This document shows positions 38,956 to 49,153 of a stretch of DNA of 64,000 bases, in pieces. Position 1 is the stretch's first letter. Each line of letters opens with the position of its first letter. Origin of the DNA: an uncultured Candidatus Saccharibacteria bacterium (GTDB taxonomy: Bacteria > Patescibacteriota > Minisyncoccia > 2-02-FULL-40-12 > GWA2-44-9); the NCBI GenBank assembly GCA_964491455.1, contig CAZBFM010000002.1, positions 28,947 through 92,946 of the forward strand. The letters run 5' to 3'. The notes beneath the pieces are model-generated. The model worked only from the letters and a program-made list of their open reading frames with translations, made no database searches and was not told where the DNA came from. A program made the position numbers and the translations under genes.

Positions 38956-39300
38956 ATGTCGCACAATCATGAAAGGTCCCCGCGTATGGCTCATCCAATG
39001 CGTCGACTACACCTCTCACTACCACAGTACGAATATCCAGTCGTAAGCTGCGACACGTGCCTCTCAACACGTGACATCAAAGTCAAAATGATACTGGTTG
39101 CTGACGGCGAAGGGTCCTTGCTTCGCGTCATCCCACCCATGCTGTATATCTGCAGCACCTGTAACCGGCAAGGCACCCGCAGCGCATCCAACGTTGCAAT
39201 CGATGGCACGAAGGTGTACCTCCATTGGAGCAAAACTCCTGAGCATGTCGTTCGTGGTTTCGTATTCGCACCGCTGATGTTTCGCGATTCGCTCATGTAA
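38956..39300 (+). CDS. Possible small zinc-ribbon protein, antisense to the local gene flow.
   Basis: CDTC...x28...CSTC (two CxxC pairs) in a 114-aa ORF filling a 340-bp gap. A minus-strand ORF of similar size overlaps it, so the call is uncertain. Confidence 0.2.
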   Translation: MSHNHERSPRMAHPMRRLHLSLPQYEYPVVSCDTCLSTRDIKVKMILVADGEGSLLRVIPPMLYICSTCNRQGTRSASNVAIDGTKVYLHWSKTPEHVVRGFVFAPLMFRDSLM

Positions 39301-39335
39301 ACTCGTTTTCGCTCCATGCGATCACGAGTTTTTTC

Positions 39336-39818
39336 TTACTTCCAACGACGTGTAAATTCGTACAACGCGACCCCTAACGCAACGGACACGTTGAGTGATT
39401 CCTTATGTCCTCGCATCGGAATTTTCACCATATGGTCTACATTATGCGACATACTTACACGAACCCCCTTCACTTCATTACCAACCACCACGGCCATCGG
39501 CCATACAGGCACATGCGCTCGATAGTCGCCCGACGCATCCCCCGTCTCAAGCGCAATAACCGAAACTCCTCGCTTTCGTAAAGCGCGCACCACATCCACT
39601 GCCCGCTTCACTCGTCGCCATGAGACAAACGACTGTGCCCCAAGCGCCGTCTTATTGATGCGCTCCGGATGCGTATCAGGGCCTGGGGTAAACCCAGCAA
39701 GTAGTATCTCCCCCACCCCAACGGCGTCCGCAGTACGGAATGCGGAGCCAACATTGTGGACACTCCTGACATCGTCAAGAATAAGCGTAAGTTTTGGCGT
39801 GGTCGTTTGCGGTGGCAT
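39336..39818 (-). CDS. SpoU/TrmH-family (SPOUT) RNA 2'-O-methyltransferase.
   Basis: LILDDVRSVHNVGSAFRTADAVGV (motif 1), VVVGNEVKGV (motif 2), and a C-terminal knot region. 160 aa. Confidence 0.7.
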   Translation of the reverse strand: MPPQTTTPKLTLILDDVRSVHNVGSAFRTADAVGVGEILLAGFTPGPDTHPERINKTALGAQSFVSWRRVKRAVDVVRALRKRGVSVIALETGDASGDYRAHVPVWPMAVVVGNEVKGVRVSMSHNVDHMVKIPMRGHKESLNVSVALGVALYEFTRRWK

Positions 39819-39858
39819 AGTATATGATAGAGAGACGTACCAATTAAGGTCCTATACT

Positions 39859-40608
39859 ATGCTAGAAAAATTTCAGAAGCAACTGCAGGTTGGCGGATGG
39901 GTGCTCGTCGTTGTCATTGCACTTACGGGAGTTTTGCTATGGCAGAATATCGATCGCGTTGGTCGCTCCGGCAATGTAAGCGACACATTCTACGTCAACG
40001 GCACGGGAACGGTCAGCGCAGCACCGGATATCGCAGTAGCGGATATCGCCATCAGCGTTGATGGCCACTCTTCCAAGCTCGCGCAAGATGAAGCCAATAA
40101 GAAGTCCAAAACCGTGGTGGAGTATCTCAAGAATACTGGCATCGCATCGTCAGACATCAAGACCAGTGCGTACAACATCTACCCGATCTACGACTACTCC
40201 AATGGAGCAAATCGTATTCGTGCCTATCAGGTGACACAATCACTCACCATTAAGATTCGAGATCTCGACAAGACAAATACGATCATCGATGGTGTCGTCG
40301 ATGCTGGCGCGAACAACGTCAACGGCGTTCGTTTCGAAATCGATGAGCCAGAAAAACTACAAGCGGAGGCACGCGCAAAAGCTATTGCAAACGCAAAAGA
40401 AAAAGCGGAACAACTCGCCAAACAGCTTGGCGTTCGACTCGGCGATATCGTCAGCTTTAATGAATCAGGCAACACATATCCACCTATGATGTATGGCATG
40501 GGTGGAAGCTCGGTCATGATGAAAGACTCTGCAATGACTGCACCCGAGCTACCCGCCGGCCAGAATGAAATTAAGGTTGATGTGACTATCACCTATCAGA
40601 TTCATTAG
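39859..40608 (+). CDS. SIMPL domain (DUF541) secreted/periplasmic protein.
   Basis: N-terminal TM/signal, then FYVNGTGTVSAAPD...YQVTQSLTIKIRD...GVRFEIDEPEKLQAEARAKAIANAKEKAEQLAK, which is typical of the SIMPL family. The start was set to the ATG at 39859. Confidence 0.7.
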   Translation: MLEKFQKQLQVGGWVLVVVIALTGVLLWQNIDRVGRSGNVSDTFYVNGTGTVSAAPDIAVADIAISVDGHSSKLAQDEANKKSKTVVEYLKNTGIASSDIKTSAYNIYPIYDYSNGANRIRAYQVTQSLTIKIRDLDKTNTIIDGVVDAGANNVNGVRFEIDEPEKLQAEARAKAIANAKEKAEQLAKQLGVRLGDIVSFNESGNTYPPMMYGMGGSSVMMKDSAMTAPELPAGQNEIKVDVTITYQIH

Positions 40609-40671
40609 AGGGTGGCGAGAGTACCAGCGTATGAAAAAGAGCACCCACGGGGGTGCTCTTGCAGTCTCTGC

Positions 40672-41067
40672 CTACAGCTTCAGAGCTTCAAGCTCCTTGC
40701 TCATGACTGCATCAAGCATACTCGCTCGCCTCCGGATTCGATCGACTGCGATCGCCAATGTCTTCATCTGGCCCTGATTTACGTTTGTTAGTTTCAGATT
40801 GCGACGCGCCTGCTCAACAAAGGCGAATGGGACCGTTCCCGATTCCACCAGATGATACCGTGTCTTTTGGTCAGGTGGTGGAAAGACCTTGCACATCGTC
40901 ACTTGTGGGGCCTTTCCGAGTGGCACCCACTGAATCACAATCTGTGCATCGGGGATCCAAAGCGCTCGACGCTCCAACCTCCCCTTCTTGCTCATTACAC
41001 TGTGGACGTACTTTTCTGCCCACATACTCGACTCCTTTCGTTGGACACAACAGTGCCCTCCTTTCAA
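40672..41067 (-). CDS. Hypothetical protein.
   Basis: A 131-aa ORF; the true start is probably internal (MWAEKY or MSKKGR). It contains RLERR...ESGT, which is faintly PilZ-like (RxxxR...D/NxSxxG), but the match is weak. Confidence 0.35.
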   Translation of the reverse strand: MKGGHCCVQRKESSMWAEKYVHSVMSKKGRLERRALWIPDAQIVIQWVPLGKAPQVTMCKVFPPPDQKTRYHLVESGTVPFAFVEQARRNLKLTNVNQGQMKTLAIAVDRIRRRASMLDAVMSKELEALKL

Positions 41068-41109
41068 ATACTATAATACCACACTGCGAGATTCTAGGCA
41101 AGTGCCCGC

Positions 41110-41622
41110 CTATGATCGAGCCACGACGCCCGCATACTTACTAATCACGTCGCGAAGCGCTTCGGGATTGGCAATTTGATCAATAACAAATTTCTTATCG
41201 GTACCCGCCGATTGCACAATCACACTCCCAAATCGCAGGACTGTACCGATGACGCCCTGAATATGCGTAGCTACATCCTGCACTCGCTCGAGTCGAATAA
41301 TGGAAATATTGCGGTCAAAGAGACGCTGGTAATCAATATCGATGATGCGCTTGTTGGTGACGATCCAGATATCCATGTAGTAGGTAGTCCAGAACTGCCA
41401 GAACACCGCCCACAAGACGAGCCCCCACAGCGCCCACACCACTACTAGCGACGACAGCGAAGCAGCTATCGGAGCGATGATACCCATCCACACCAAGACG
41501 CCGCTCACTGCCAAGGGAAGAAACGACATCGCTACTAGCGCCACAATACGGACAGCAATGAAGAGCCAGTGCCGATGCACCTTCAGTATAATCTCCTCCC
41601 CCTCTTCCATGGGTATATACAT
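41110..41622 (-). CDS. Membrane-flanked bacterial PH domain protein (YdbT/bPH_2-like).
   Basis: EEIILKVHRHWLF, two TM helices, then a roughly 80-aa PH-like domain (IVTNKRIIDIDYQRLFDRNISIIRLERVQDV). Confidence 0.55.
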   Translation of the reverse strand: MYIPMEEGEEIILKVHRHWLFIAVRIVALVAMSFLPLAVSGVLVWMGIIAPIAASLSSLVVVWALWGLVLWAVFWQFWTTYYMDIWIVTNKRIIDIDYQRLFDRNISIIRLERVQDVATHIQGVIGTVLRFGSVIVQSAGTDKKFVIDQIANPEALRDVISKYAGVVARS

Positions 41623-41628
41623 TGTGCG

Positions 41629-41910
41629 TTATGAAAGTAAGATACCAAGACTGACAATCGCACCGAGCGCAATCACGCCACCGATGTAGACTCGCTCGGC
41701 CGTTTTGAATGTATCATGCTCAAACGGAAACCGTCGCCAGTGATACAGCAAGATAACAGTGACAGCGGCAATAAACACGCCCGCAAGTGACGCCAAGCTG
41801 ACGAGCACAAGGGGCGAGAGCTCGACGGTCACCGGCAATGACGTCCATACCGATTGCAGATCGGGAAGGGGTACGCCGGTAATTCGCGGGAGCTGAGGTG
41901 ATACCAACAT
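41629..41910 (-). CDS. Small two-TM membrane protein.
   Basis: A 93-aa hydrophobic ORF upstream of, and co-oriented with, the PH-domain protein. Confidence 0.4.
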   Translation of the reverse strand: MLVSPQLPRITGVPLPDLQSVWTSLPVTVELSPLVLVSLASLAGVFIAAVTVILLYHWRRFPFEHDTFKTAERVYIGGVIALGAIVSLGILLS

Positions 41911-41932
41911 CGTGCACTAAGTATACCACACC

Positions 41933-41961
41933 ACAAAAAAGCTCGGAGATATTTTCCGAGC
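41933..41961 (-). terminator. Rho-independent terminator on the minus strand.
   Basis: gctcgga-aaatatc-tccgagc hairpin followed by TTTTTT on the minus strand. Confidence 0.65.
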
Positions 41962-41987
41962 AGTGAGACCTGCAACATCTCATACCG

Positions 41988-42122
41988 TTAAACGAGATCA
42001 CATTGTGGACAGGCCGAGCAACTACTATGCCGCGCCCAATCAATGAGTCCCCTCCCGCACCTCCAACAAACGCCATTGTACGCGCACACAATCCGGTGAA
42101 GCATCGCTCTTAGAAAGGACAT
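41988..42122 (-). CDS. Small cysteine-rich zinc-ribbon protein (44 aa), not in the ORF track.
   Basis: Manual translation of the minus strand gives MSFLRAMLHRIVCAYNGVCWRCGRGLIDWARHSSCSACPQCDLV. A GGAGGA RBS sits 4 nt before the ATG. It has six Cys, with spacing CxRCGR-x10-CxxC (as in the zinc-binding core of type-Z ribosomal protein S14). It lies between two terminators. Confidence 0.4.
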   Translation of the reverse strand: MSFLRAMLHRIVCAYNGVCWRCGRGLIDWARHSSCSACPQCDLV

Positions 42123-42153
42123 ACTTCCTCCAATCGGCACTAGCATAGCACAC

Positions 42154-42182
42154 AAAACCCCATCTGAAGATGGGTTTTTGGT
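42154..42182. terminator. Bidirectional terminator ending the 16S rRNA transcript.
   Basis: aaaacccc-atctgaag-atgggtttttgg. Confidence 0.7.
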
Positions 42183-42375
42183 TTCTAATCTTACACAGTC
42201 AATTAGTTTCAGAGTGCGCTTTTGTTCCTAGCACCATGAACGGAACTCCGATTTCGCTGTCGGACCCAGCATAGTACGTACGCCGTGAGGCCCTTGCGGG
42301 TCGCGCGACGTACACCCTATATCGACTTCTTTTACCTTTCCCAAACTTCTCTCTACACGAAGTAGAAAGAATAGA

Positions 42376-43874
<1,499 letters not shown>

Positions 43875-44104
43875 CTTAAAAAGGAAACTTTCATTTCCCG
43901 GCTGAGAACTAATTGACTGTGTAAAATTGGAAATGTCCTGTTGGGCTGGACGAAGGTAGATATGCCTTCTTCAACAACACAACCCCGTATGCCTCCGTTG
44001 CAGAAGCATGCGGGGTTGGACTGTCTTTGTGCATTGTTTGGTGCCTTTCCCTCCTGGGTGTCGCTTTGGACTCCCTATCTACGGGGCAAGGGTCATTATA
44101 CACG

Positions 44105-44132
44105 AGCACGAAAGCCCGTCAATACCTACAAA
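44105..44132 (-). promoter_or_regulatory. Near-consensus sigma70 promoter for the 16S rRNA (TTGACG-N16-TATAAT on the minus strand), about 230 nt upstream of the mature 5' end.
   Basis: Minus-strand reading: ttgacgggctttcgtgctcgtgtataatgaccc. Confidence 0.6.
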
Positions 44133-44265
44133 ACCACAGAGAATACGCGACTCGCTCTAGTTCATCTTGAGCACCTTTCGAGATCGACGGATCGAGAACG
44201 GAGATGATTTCTTAGCAAAGAAATCATCGTGGCAAAAAATGACCGAGGACCCGATAAAAGTATCT

Positions 44266-44922
44266 CTATTGCTTTCGATTCCTTGCCCGCCAATCTGCGA
44301 TTTTCGCATGGTCGCCTGAGAGAAGCACGGGTGGGACTTTGAGTTTCTTTTTGCCCAGCGAAAATACCTCCGGACGGGTGTATTGCGGGTACTCTAAGAC
44401 GCCCTCAACGGTGTGGCTTTCATCTTCGACGCTAGCGGCTTTCTGCACGACGCCAGGGATCAGACGCGAGACCGCCTCCATGATAATCATGGAGGGCACC
44501 TCACCCCCAAAGAGCACATAAGGGCCCACTGAAAACTCCTCATCAGCAATGGTGTCGGCGACACGCTCATCGACGCCTTCATAGCGCCCGCAGATGAATA
44601 TGAGCTGGTCGTACTTGGTGAGACGCCGAGCATCTCTCTGGGTAAATTGCTTACCTGATGCAGACAGCAAGATCACGCGAGATTTCTTCGGCTTTCGAAT
44701 CTTCTTGATGGCTTTCGAAATGGGCTCAATCATCATCACCATACCCGCGCCACCACCATATGGACGGCCATCAACGGTCTTGTGATTGTCGGTAGTCCAG
44801 TCGCGAAGCTGATGTGCCTTGATGGATATAAACTTCTTTTTGATAGCACGCGCAATCAAAGACTGCCCGGCAAAATCGCCGAACAGCTCTGGAAAAATCG
44901 TGATGATATCGAATCGTTTCAT
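44266..44922 (-). CDS. trmD: tRNA (guanine37-N1)-methyltransferase.
   Basis: MKRFDIITIFPELF N-terminus, RDWT, GRPYGGGAGMVMMIEP SAM-binding/knot motifs. The start was set to the ATG at 44922. Confidence 0.9.
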   Translation of the reverse strand: MKRFDIITIFPELFGDFAGQSLIARAIKKKFISIKAHQLRDWTTDNHKTVDGRPYGGGAGMVMMIEPISKAIKKIRKPKKSRVILLSASGKQFTQRDARRLTKYDQLIFICGRYEGVDERVADTIADEEFSVGPYVLFGGEVPSMIIMEAVSRLIPGVVQKAASVEDESHTVEGVLEYPQYTRPEVFSLGKKKLKVPPVLLSGDHAKIADWRARNRKQ

Positions 44923-45220
44923 GATGATAAAAAATGTGCCCGTGTCCGTTGCGCTGGACACGGGCTGACCTCACACGAAGTGAAGCCTGTACGGCCCCTC
45001 CGCAGGCAGCTCAGCGTGAGCCTGCTTCCATCCCACAGCTTGGAGCGCGTGCACAAGGGTGTGCAGGCAGTTGATGCTCACGTTGGCCGGGATTTCCAGC
45101 GGCTGCCGCTGGCGGGTGAATGTCCCCGACAAGTACTGACGAATCTTTTTGAAGAACACTCGGTGACCCTCCTTAAGGTCTAATTAATTATACGCTAAAA
45201 ATATGCAAAAGTCAACCATC

Positions 45221-45247
45221 AAAAAAAGCCCCTTGCGGGGCTTTTCT
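45221..45247. terminator. Bidirectional rho-independent terminator downstream of the KH-domain gene.
   Basis: aaaaaaagcccc-ttgc-ggggcttttct. Confidence 0.75.
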
Positions 45248-45265
45248 GATTACTTTTCTAACTGC

Positions 45266-45598
45266 TTACTGGAGGTCTCCGAGGATGTCTTCGACATCGC
45301 GAGATGCACCTTCCTTTGAGCCCAAGAGGCCCGATGCCATGCGACCACCTTCTGGTTCTTCGATGCGAAGGTTGACGCGAGCATTATTGCGCATACCCAC
45401 GATGCGGGCCAAGATACGAATTGCCTTTGCGGTCGTGCCTGAACGACCAATCAAGAGCCCCATATCCTTGGGATCTACCTTGACTGTGATGAGCACGCCG
45501 AGCTCATCGACGCTGCGGGTAACCACCACCGCTTCTGGGTTATTGACGATACTTTTTATAACGTACTCTACAAACGCTCTGTCGTGGTCTTCGTTCAT
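45266..45598 (-). CDS. KH-domain RNA-binding protein (KhpA/YlqC-like, UPF0109).
   Basis: GLLIGRSGTTAKAIR (GxxG KH loop) in a small protein located in the rpsP-trmD neighbourhood. Confidence 0.65.
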   Translation of the reverse strand: MNEDHDRAFVEYVIKSIVNNPEAVVVTRSVDELGVLITVKVDPKDMGLLIGRSGTTAKAIRILARIVGMRNNARVNLRIEEPEGGRMASGLLGSKEGASRDVEDILGDLQ

Positions 45599-45641
45599 GC
45601 GGGAATAGTATAAATCGCTACCCCCCTACTCTAGCATGGCA

Positions 45642-48074
45642 TTACGATACGACAAGATTGAGCAGCCGCCCGGGAATATAGATAATCTTTCGAATCGTGA
45701 CACCTTCGCAGTGCTTTGCAATCATCGGATCAGCCATCGCACGACGCTGTGCCTCATCCTGCCCAGCCTTGGCAGGAATGGTGATGACGCCGCGGAGCTT
45801 TCCGTTGACCTGTACCGGCATCTGAATCTCATCGAGCACGAGGAGCGCAGGCGTATATGATGGCCACGGCTGAAGATGCACTGACGTTCTCTTTTTGAGC
45901 ACTCCTTGCCAGAGCTCATCGGTAAGATGTGGGACGAGAGGAGCAAGTATGCACAAGAAACGTTCGCGCTGTGGTTTGGTGAGCGTGGTGTTGGCCTCCT
46001 CAATCACATTGATGAGTTTCATGAGCTCGCTCACACAGGTATTCAACGACATCGCATTCAGATCGTCGCCGATCTTTTTGGTCGCCGCGTGCAGTGCACG
46101 CTCGACAATGGTGACAGGATTCTTATCTGCCGGTTTCTGGTAGAGGTTGAAGACGCGATTCAAGAATCGATAGACACCGTTGATGCCCTTCGGGTCCCAC
46201 GGACCGCCCTGCTCGTAGGGCGACATGAACGCCAAGTACATGCGAATCGTATCTGCGCCGAACTGGGCGACTTCCTTGTCAGGGTCGACAACGTTCCCTC
46301 TCGATTTTGACATCTTCTGTCCATCGGGCCCGAGAATGATGCCGTGGTTGCGTCGCGAGGTGAATGGCTCGATGAATTTCACGTAGCCCATATCGTGGAG
46401 CGCATGCGCGAAGAATCGCGAGTACAACAAGTGCATCGTGTTATGTTCGGCGCCACCGATATACATCGAAACAGGCGTCCACGCGACAAGCTTCTTGGGG
46501 TCGGCAAATTTCTTCTTGTTGGTGGGATCAGTATAGCGAAGATAGTACCAGCTCGAGTCGACAAAGGTATCCATCGTGTCCGTCTCTCGCTCGGCAGCAC
46601 CGCCACACTTCGGACACTTCACCTTGAGCCACTTGGTTGCCTTGGCGAGCGGACTGCGACCATCATCGGCGGGCTTGAAATCTTTGAGCGGTGGAAGCTT
46701 CACGGGCAAATCTTTCTCGGGCACAGGAACATGGCCACAGGCGGTACAGTTGATAACAGGAATGGGGACGCCCCAGTACCGCTGACGAGACAACACCCAA
46801 TCGCGAAGCTTGTAGGTGCGCTTTGGGCCACCCACACCGAGGTCGTGGAGCTTCTTGCCAATCATCGCCGACGCCTCGCTGCTGGTGCGCCCATTGTACG
46901 GACCTGAATTCACGAGAATACCCGCATCACTAAACACTGACGAGAGATCGTGATGCCCACCACCCACAGGCACAATCACCTGCTTCATTGCGAGATGGAA
47001 TGTCGACGCAAACTCAAAATCACGACTGTCGTGCGCAGGGACTGCCATAATCGCGCCGGTGCCGTAGGAGCCAAGCACATAATCGCCGACCCACACGGGC
47101 AAAAGCTCCGAGGTGAGCGGATGAATAGCATGCGCGCCAGTAGCAACGCCCGTCTTTTCTTTGCCGGCCTCCATACGATCAAGCTCGCGACGACCCAGCG
47201 CGCGAGAGACATAGTTCTTCACCTCTGCGGATGGTGACCATCCCACATCCATCCACTTCTTTGCCAGCTCCGGCGAGATAACCAAAAACGTCACGCCAAA
47301 GAGCGTATCTGGGCGCGTCGTAAACGTTTCCACGGTGTGTGCGTCATCGGTCTGTCCGGGAATACGCAAACGCCAGCGAATTGTGGCGCCGTCAGAACGA
47401 CCAATCCAATTCTGCTGCGCGACACGCGTAGCGTGTGGCCAGTCTAAATCCGTAAGCTGGTCGATGAGCTGATCGGCGTAGGCGGTCGTGCGCATCATCC
47501 ACTGCTCCAGCAGCTTCTGTTGCACCACTGCACCACAGCGCTCGCAGGAACCATCAACAACCTGCTCGTTGGCAAGCACCGTTTTGTCCTTGGGGCACCA
47601 GTTAACCATAGTCTTGGCGCGATACGCCAAGTCGCGTGCATGGAGCTTCAAAAACATCCACTGCGTCCACGCGTAGTACGCAGGATCGATAGTGGAAACG
47701 ACGCGCGAAAAATCAAACATCGTACCCATGCTCACCAACTGTTTGGTCATGTAGGCAATGTTCTGTTTGGTCCATGTTTCAGGATGGATATTACGCTGGA
47801 TGGCGGCGTTTTCCGCAGGAAGCCCGAACGCGTCAAACCCGATTGGATACATGACATTGTAGCCACGCATACGCCAGTAGCGAGCATACATATCCGGAAG
47901 CGCGAATGAATACCAGTGGCCCATGTGAAGATTCCCCGATGGATACGGGAACTCAACAAGAATCATCTTATTCTCCTTGCCTTTTACGCGATCGCGCGTC
48001 ACCGAGAGCTTTTTGGTAGCCCATACCTTTTGCCACTTTTTCTCGATTTTGGAGGGTTGATAGGTAGCCATCAC
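45642..48074 (-). CDS. leuS: Leucyl-tRNA synthetase.
   Basis: PYPSGNLHMGH (HIGH motif), QKMSKSRGN (KMSKS), CP1 editing-domain insertion, 810 aa. Confidence 0.95.
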   Translation of the reverse strand: MMATYQPSKIEKKWQKVWATKKLSVTRDRVKGKENKMILVEFPYPSGNLHMGHWYSFALPDMYARYWRMRGYNVMYPIGFDAFGLPAENAAIQRNIHPETWTKQNIAYMTKQLVSMGTMFDFSRVVSTIDPAYYAWTQWMFLKLHARDLAYRAKTMVNWCPKDKTVLANEQVVDGSCERCGAVVQQKLLEQWMMRTTAYADQLIDQLTDLDWPHATRVAQQNWIGRSDGATIRWRLRIPGQTDDAHTVETFTTRPDTLFGVTFLVISPELAKKWMDVGWSPSAEVKNYVSRALGRRELDRMEAGKEKTGVATGAHAIHPLTSELLPVWVGDYVLGSYGTGAIMAVPAHDSRDFEFASTFHLAMKQVIVPVGGGHHDLSSVFSDAGILVNSGPYNGRTSSEASAMIGKKLHDLGVGGPKRTYKLRDWVLSRQRYWGVPIPVINCTACGHVPVPEKDLPVKLPPLKDFKPADDGRSPLAKATKWLKVKCPKCGGAAERETDTMDTFVDSSWYYLRYTDPTNKKKFADPKKLVAWTPVSMYIGGAEHNTMHLLYSRFFAHALHDMGYVKFIEPFTSRRNHGIILGPDGQKMSKSRGNVVDPDKEVAQFGADTIRMYLAFMSPYEQGGPWDPKGINGVYRFLNRVFNLYQKPADKNPVTIVERALHAATKKIGDDLNAMSLNTCVSELMKLINVIEEANTTLTKPQRERFLCILAPLVPHLTDELWQGVLKKRTSVHLQPWPSYTPALLVLDEIQMPVQVNGKLRGVITIPAKAGQDEAQRRAMADPMIAKHCEGVTIRKIIYIPGRLLNLVVS

Positions 48075-48337
48075 TGGTACAGAGCGTAGCGCGAATTGCG
48101 CGATGTTTCAACTGGTGCCACGGACTTGCTTTAGATGCTCCAAGCGAGGATATCCTCGTGAAGAATATTTCGAGCTCGACGGAGCGAGAACGAAGAAATT
48201 CTACGAGCACGTAGAATTTCGTGTCTGAACAGGGATATCCGCGCTTAGGACTGAAACGAATGTAAAGAGAATCACAGCGCGAAAAGAGCCGGCTTTGAGG
48301 CGGCTCTTTTCGTTCACCAGACCCTTCTATGCTAGCA

Positions 48338-49063
48338 CTACTTCCCGACTATGACCAGAATGTTTGCGGTGGTTTTCGCCTCTCCCGTTGGAAGTGTCGA
48401 GACTGCTTTCACGCCAAAGATCTTCTCGAGTGCGGCAATTGCACCTGGATTCTTACCGCCTGACATATCAACAATAACAGTAGCAGTATAGATGCCCTTG
48501 GAGTCATTTGCGGTCGCACTCGTCACCCACGCATTCTTTTTAAGGTCGCTTGCTGTCTTACCTGCAAATCCCACCGTGGTGGTGCCGTTGCGAACTTCAA
48601 TGGTTACTTTTTCGGGAGCAACCGGTGTTGCGCTCGGTGTCGGTGTCAGTTGTGCGCTGCCTGACGCAATAGCATCTGGCGTCGGCGATGGTGTTGCAGT
48701 GTTTTGTGTAACCAGACCTACACCCACGAGCTTGTTGGTGATAGCGTCATAGATAATCATGCGCGTTGGATACACGATAAGAATATTGCCGTCGACGGCA
48801 TCCTGAAAGATGGCCTGCTGCTGTGCAAGTGCCGCGGCATCCTTGAGCACCACCACTGAAGGCCGCTCGTCATTGGGGACGACCATGAATTTGCTGATGC
48901 GCGCCACAACTGCATCCACCTGCGCCTCGGTAAGCTTGGTGCCAGGATTGGATGCGAGCTTTACAAGCTCATCTCCTGAACCAGAGCTAAACGTGTACCA
49001 CCCTCCAACTGCTACGACGACGACCACGACGACTCCAAGAATAATTTTGTAGGTTGTTTGCAT
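48338..49063 (-). CDS. Membrane-anchored protein with a conserved juxtamembrane domain (shared with 56037-56435 and 59982-60422) and a C-terminal LytR_C-like domain.
   Basis: N-terminal TM helix. The VVPNDERPSVVVLKDAAAL...ILIVYPTRMIIYDAITNKLVGV domain is homologous to the two paralogs. The C-terminal EVRNGTTTVGFAGKTASDLKKNAW...VIVDMSGG resembles the LytR cell-envelope-related C-terminal domain. Confidence 0.5.
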   Translation of the reverse strand: MQTTYKIILGVVVVVVVAVGGWYTFSSGSGDELVKLASNPGTKLTEAQVDAVVARISKFMVVPNDERPSVVVLKDAAALAQQQAIFQDAVDGNILIVYPTRMIIYDAITNKLVGVGLVTQNTATPSPTPDAIASGSAQLTPTPSATPVAPEKVTIEVRNGTTTVGFAGKTASDLKKNAWVTSATANDSKGIYTATVIVDMSGGKNPGAIAALEKIFGVKAVSTLPTGEAKTTANILVIVGK

Positions 49064-49153
49064 GAGATGAGCGACCTCCCTCCAGAGAGCGCATCGTTAT
49101 GAACGGGGCAATCATAGCACGCTGTTTTCGTACGGCCAGAGCACTTCTCCACA

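Noticed and set aside
38991-39317. A 108-aa minus-strand ORF between rnhB and the SpoU methyltransferase.
   Set aside because: It overlaps an equally long plus-strand ORF and has no motifs. Only the plus-strand zinc-ribbon-like ORF was listed, and that at low confidence.
41720-42091. A 123-aa minus-strand ORF (MCARTMAFVGG…) from the track.
   Set aside because: It starts at a TTG, runs through both terminator hairpins, has no RBS and has poor composition. The same interval holds a much better-supported 44-codon ORF in another frame with a GGAGGA RBS.
41966-42150. 5S rRNA or another stable RNA downstream of the 16S.
   Set aside because: No 5S-like conserved blocks (for example CCGAAC or GTAGTG-like loop E) were seen on either strand. 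The interval is better explained by the small Cys-rich ORF, but a covariance-model scan was not possible.
44971-45159. A 62-aa minus-strand ORF between the KH gene and trmD, read as a possible RimM remnant.
   Set aside because: It is too short for RimM, has no recognisable PRC-barrel or RimM motifs, and is separated from the KH gene by a strong terminator, so it was not called.
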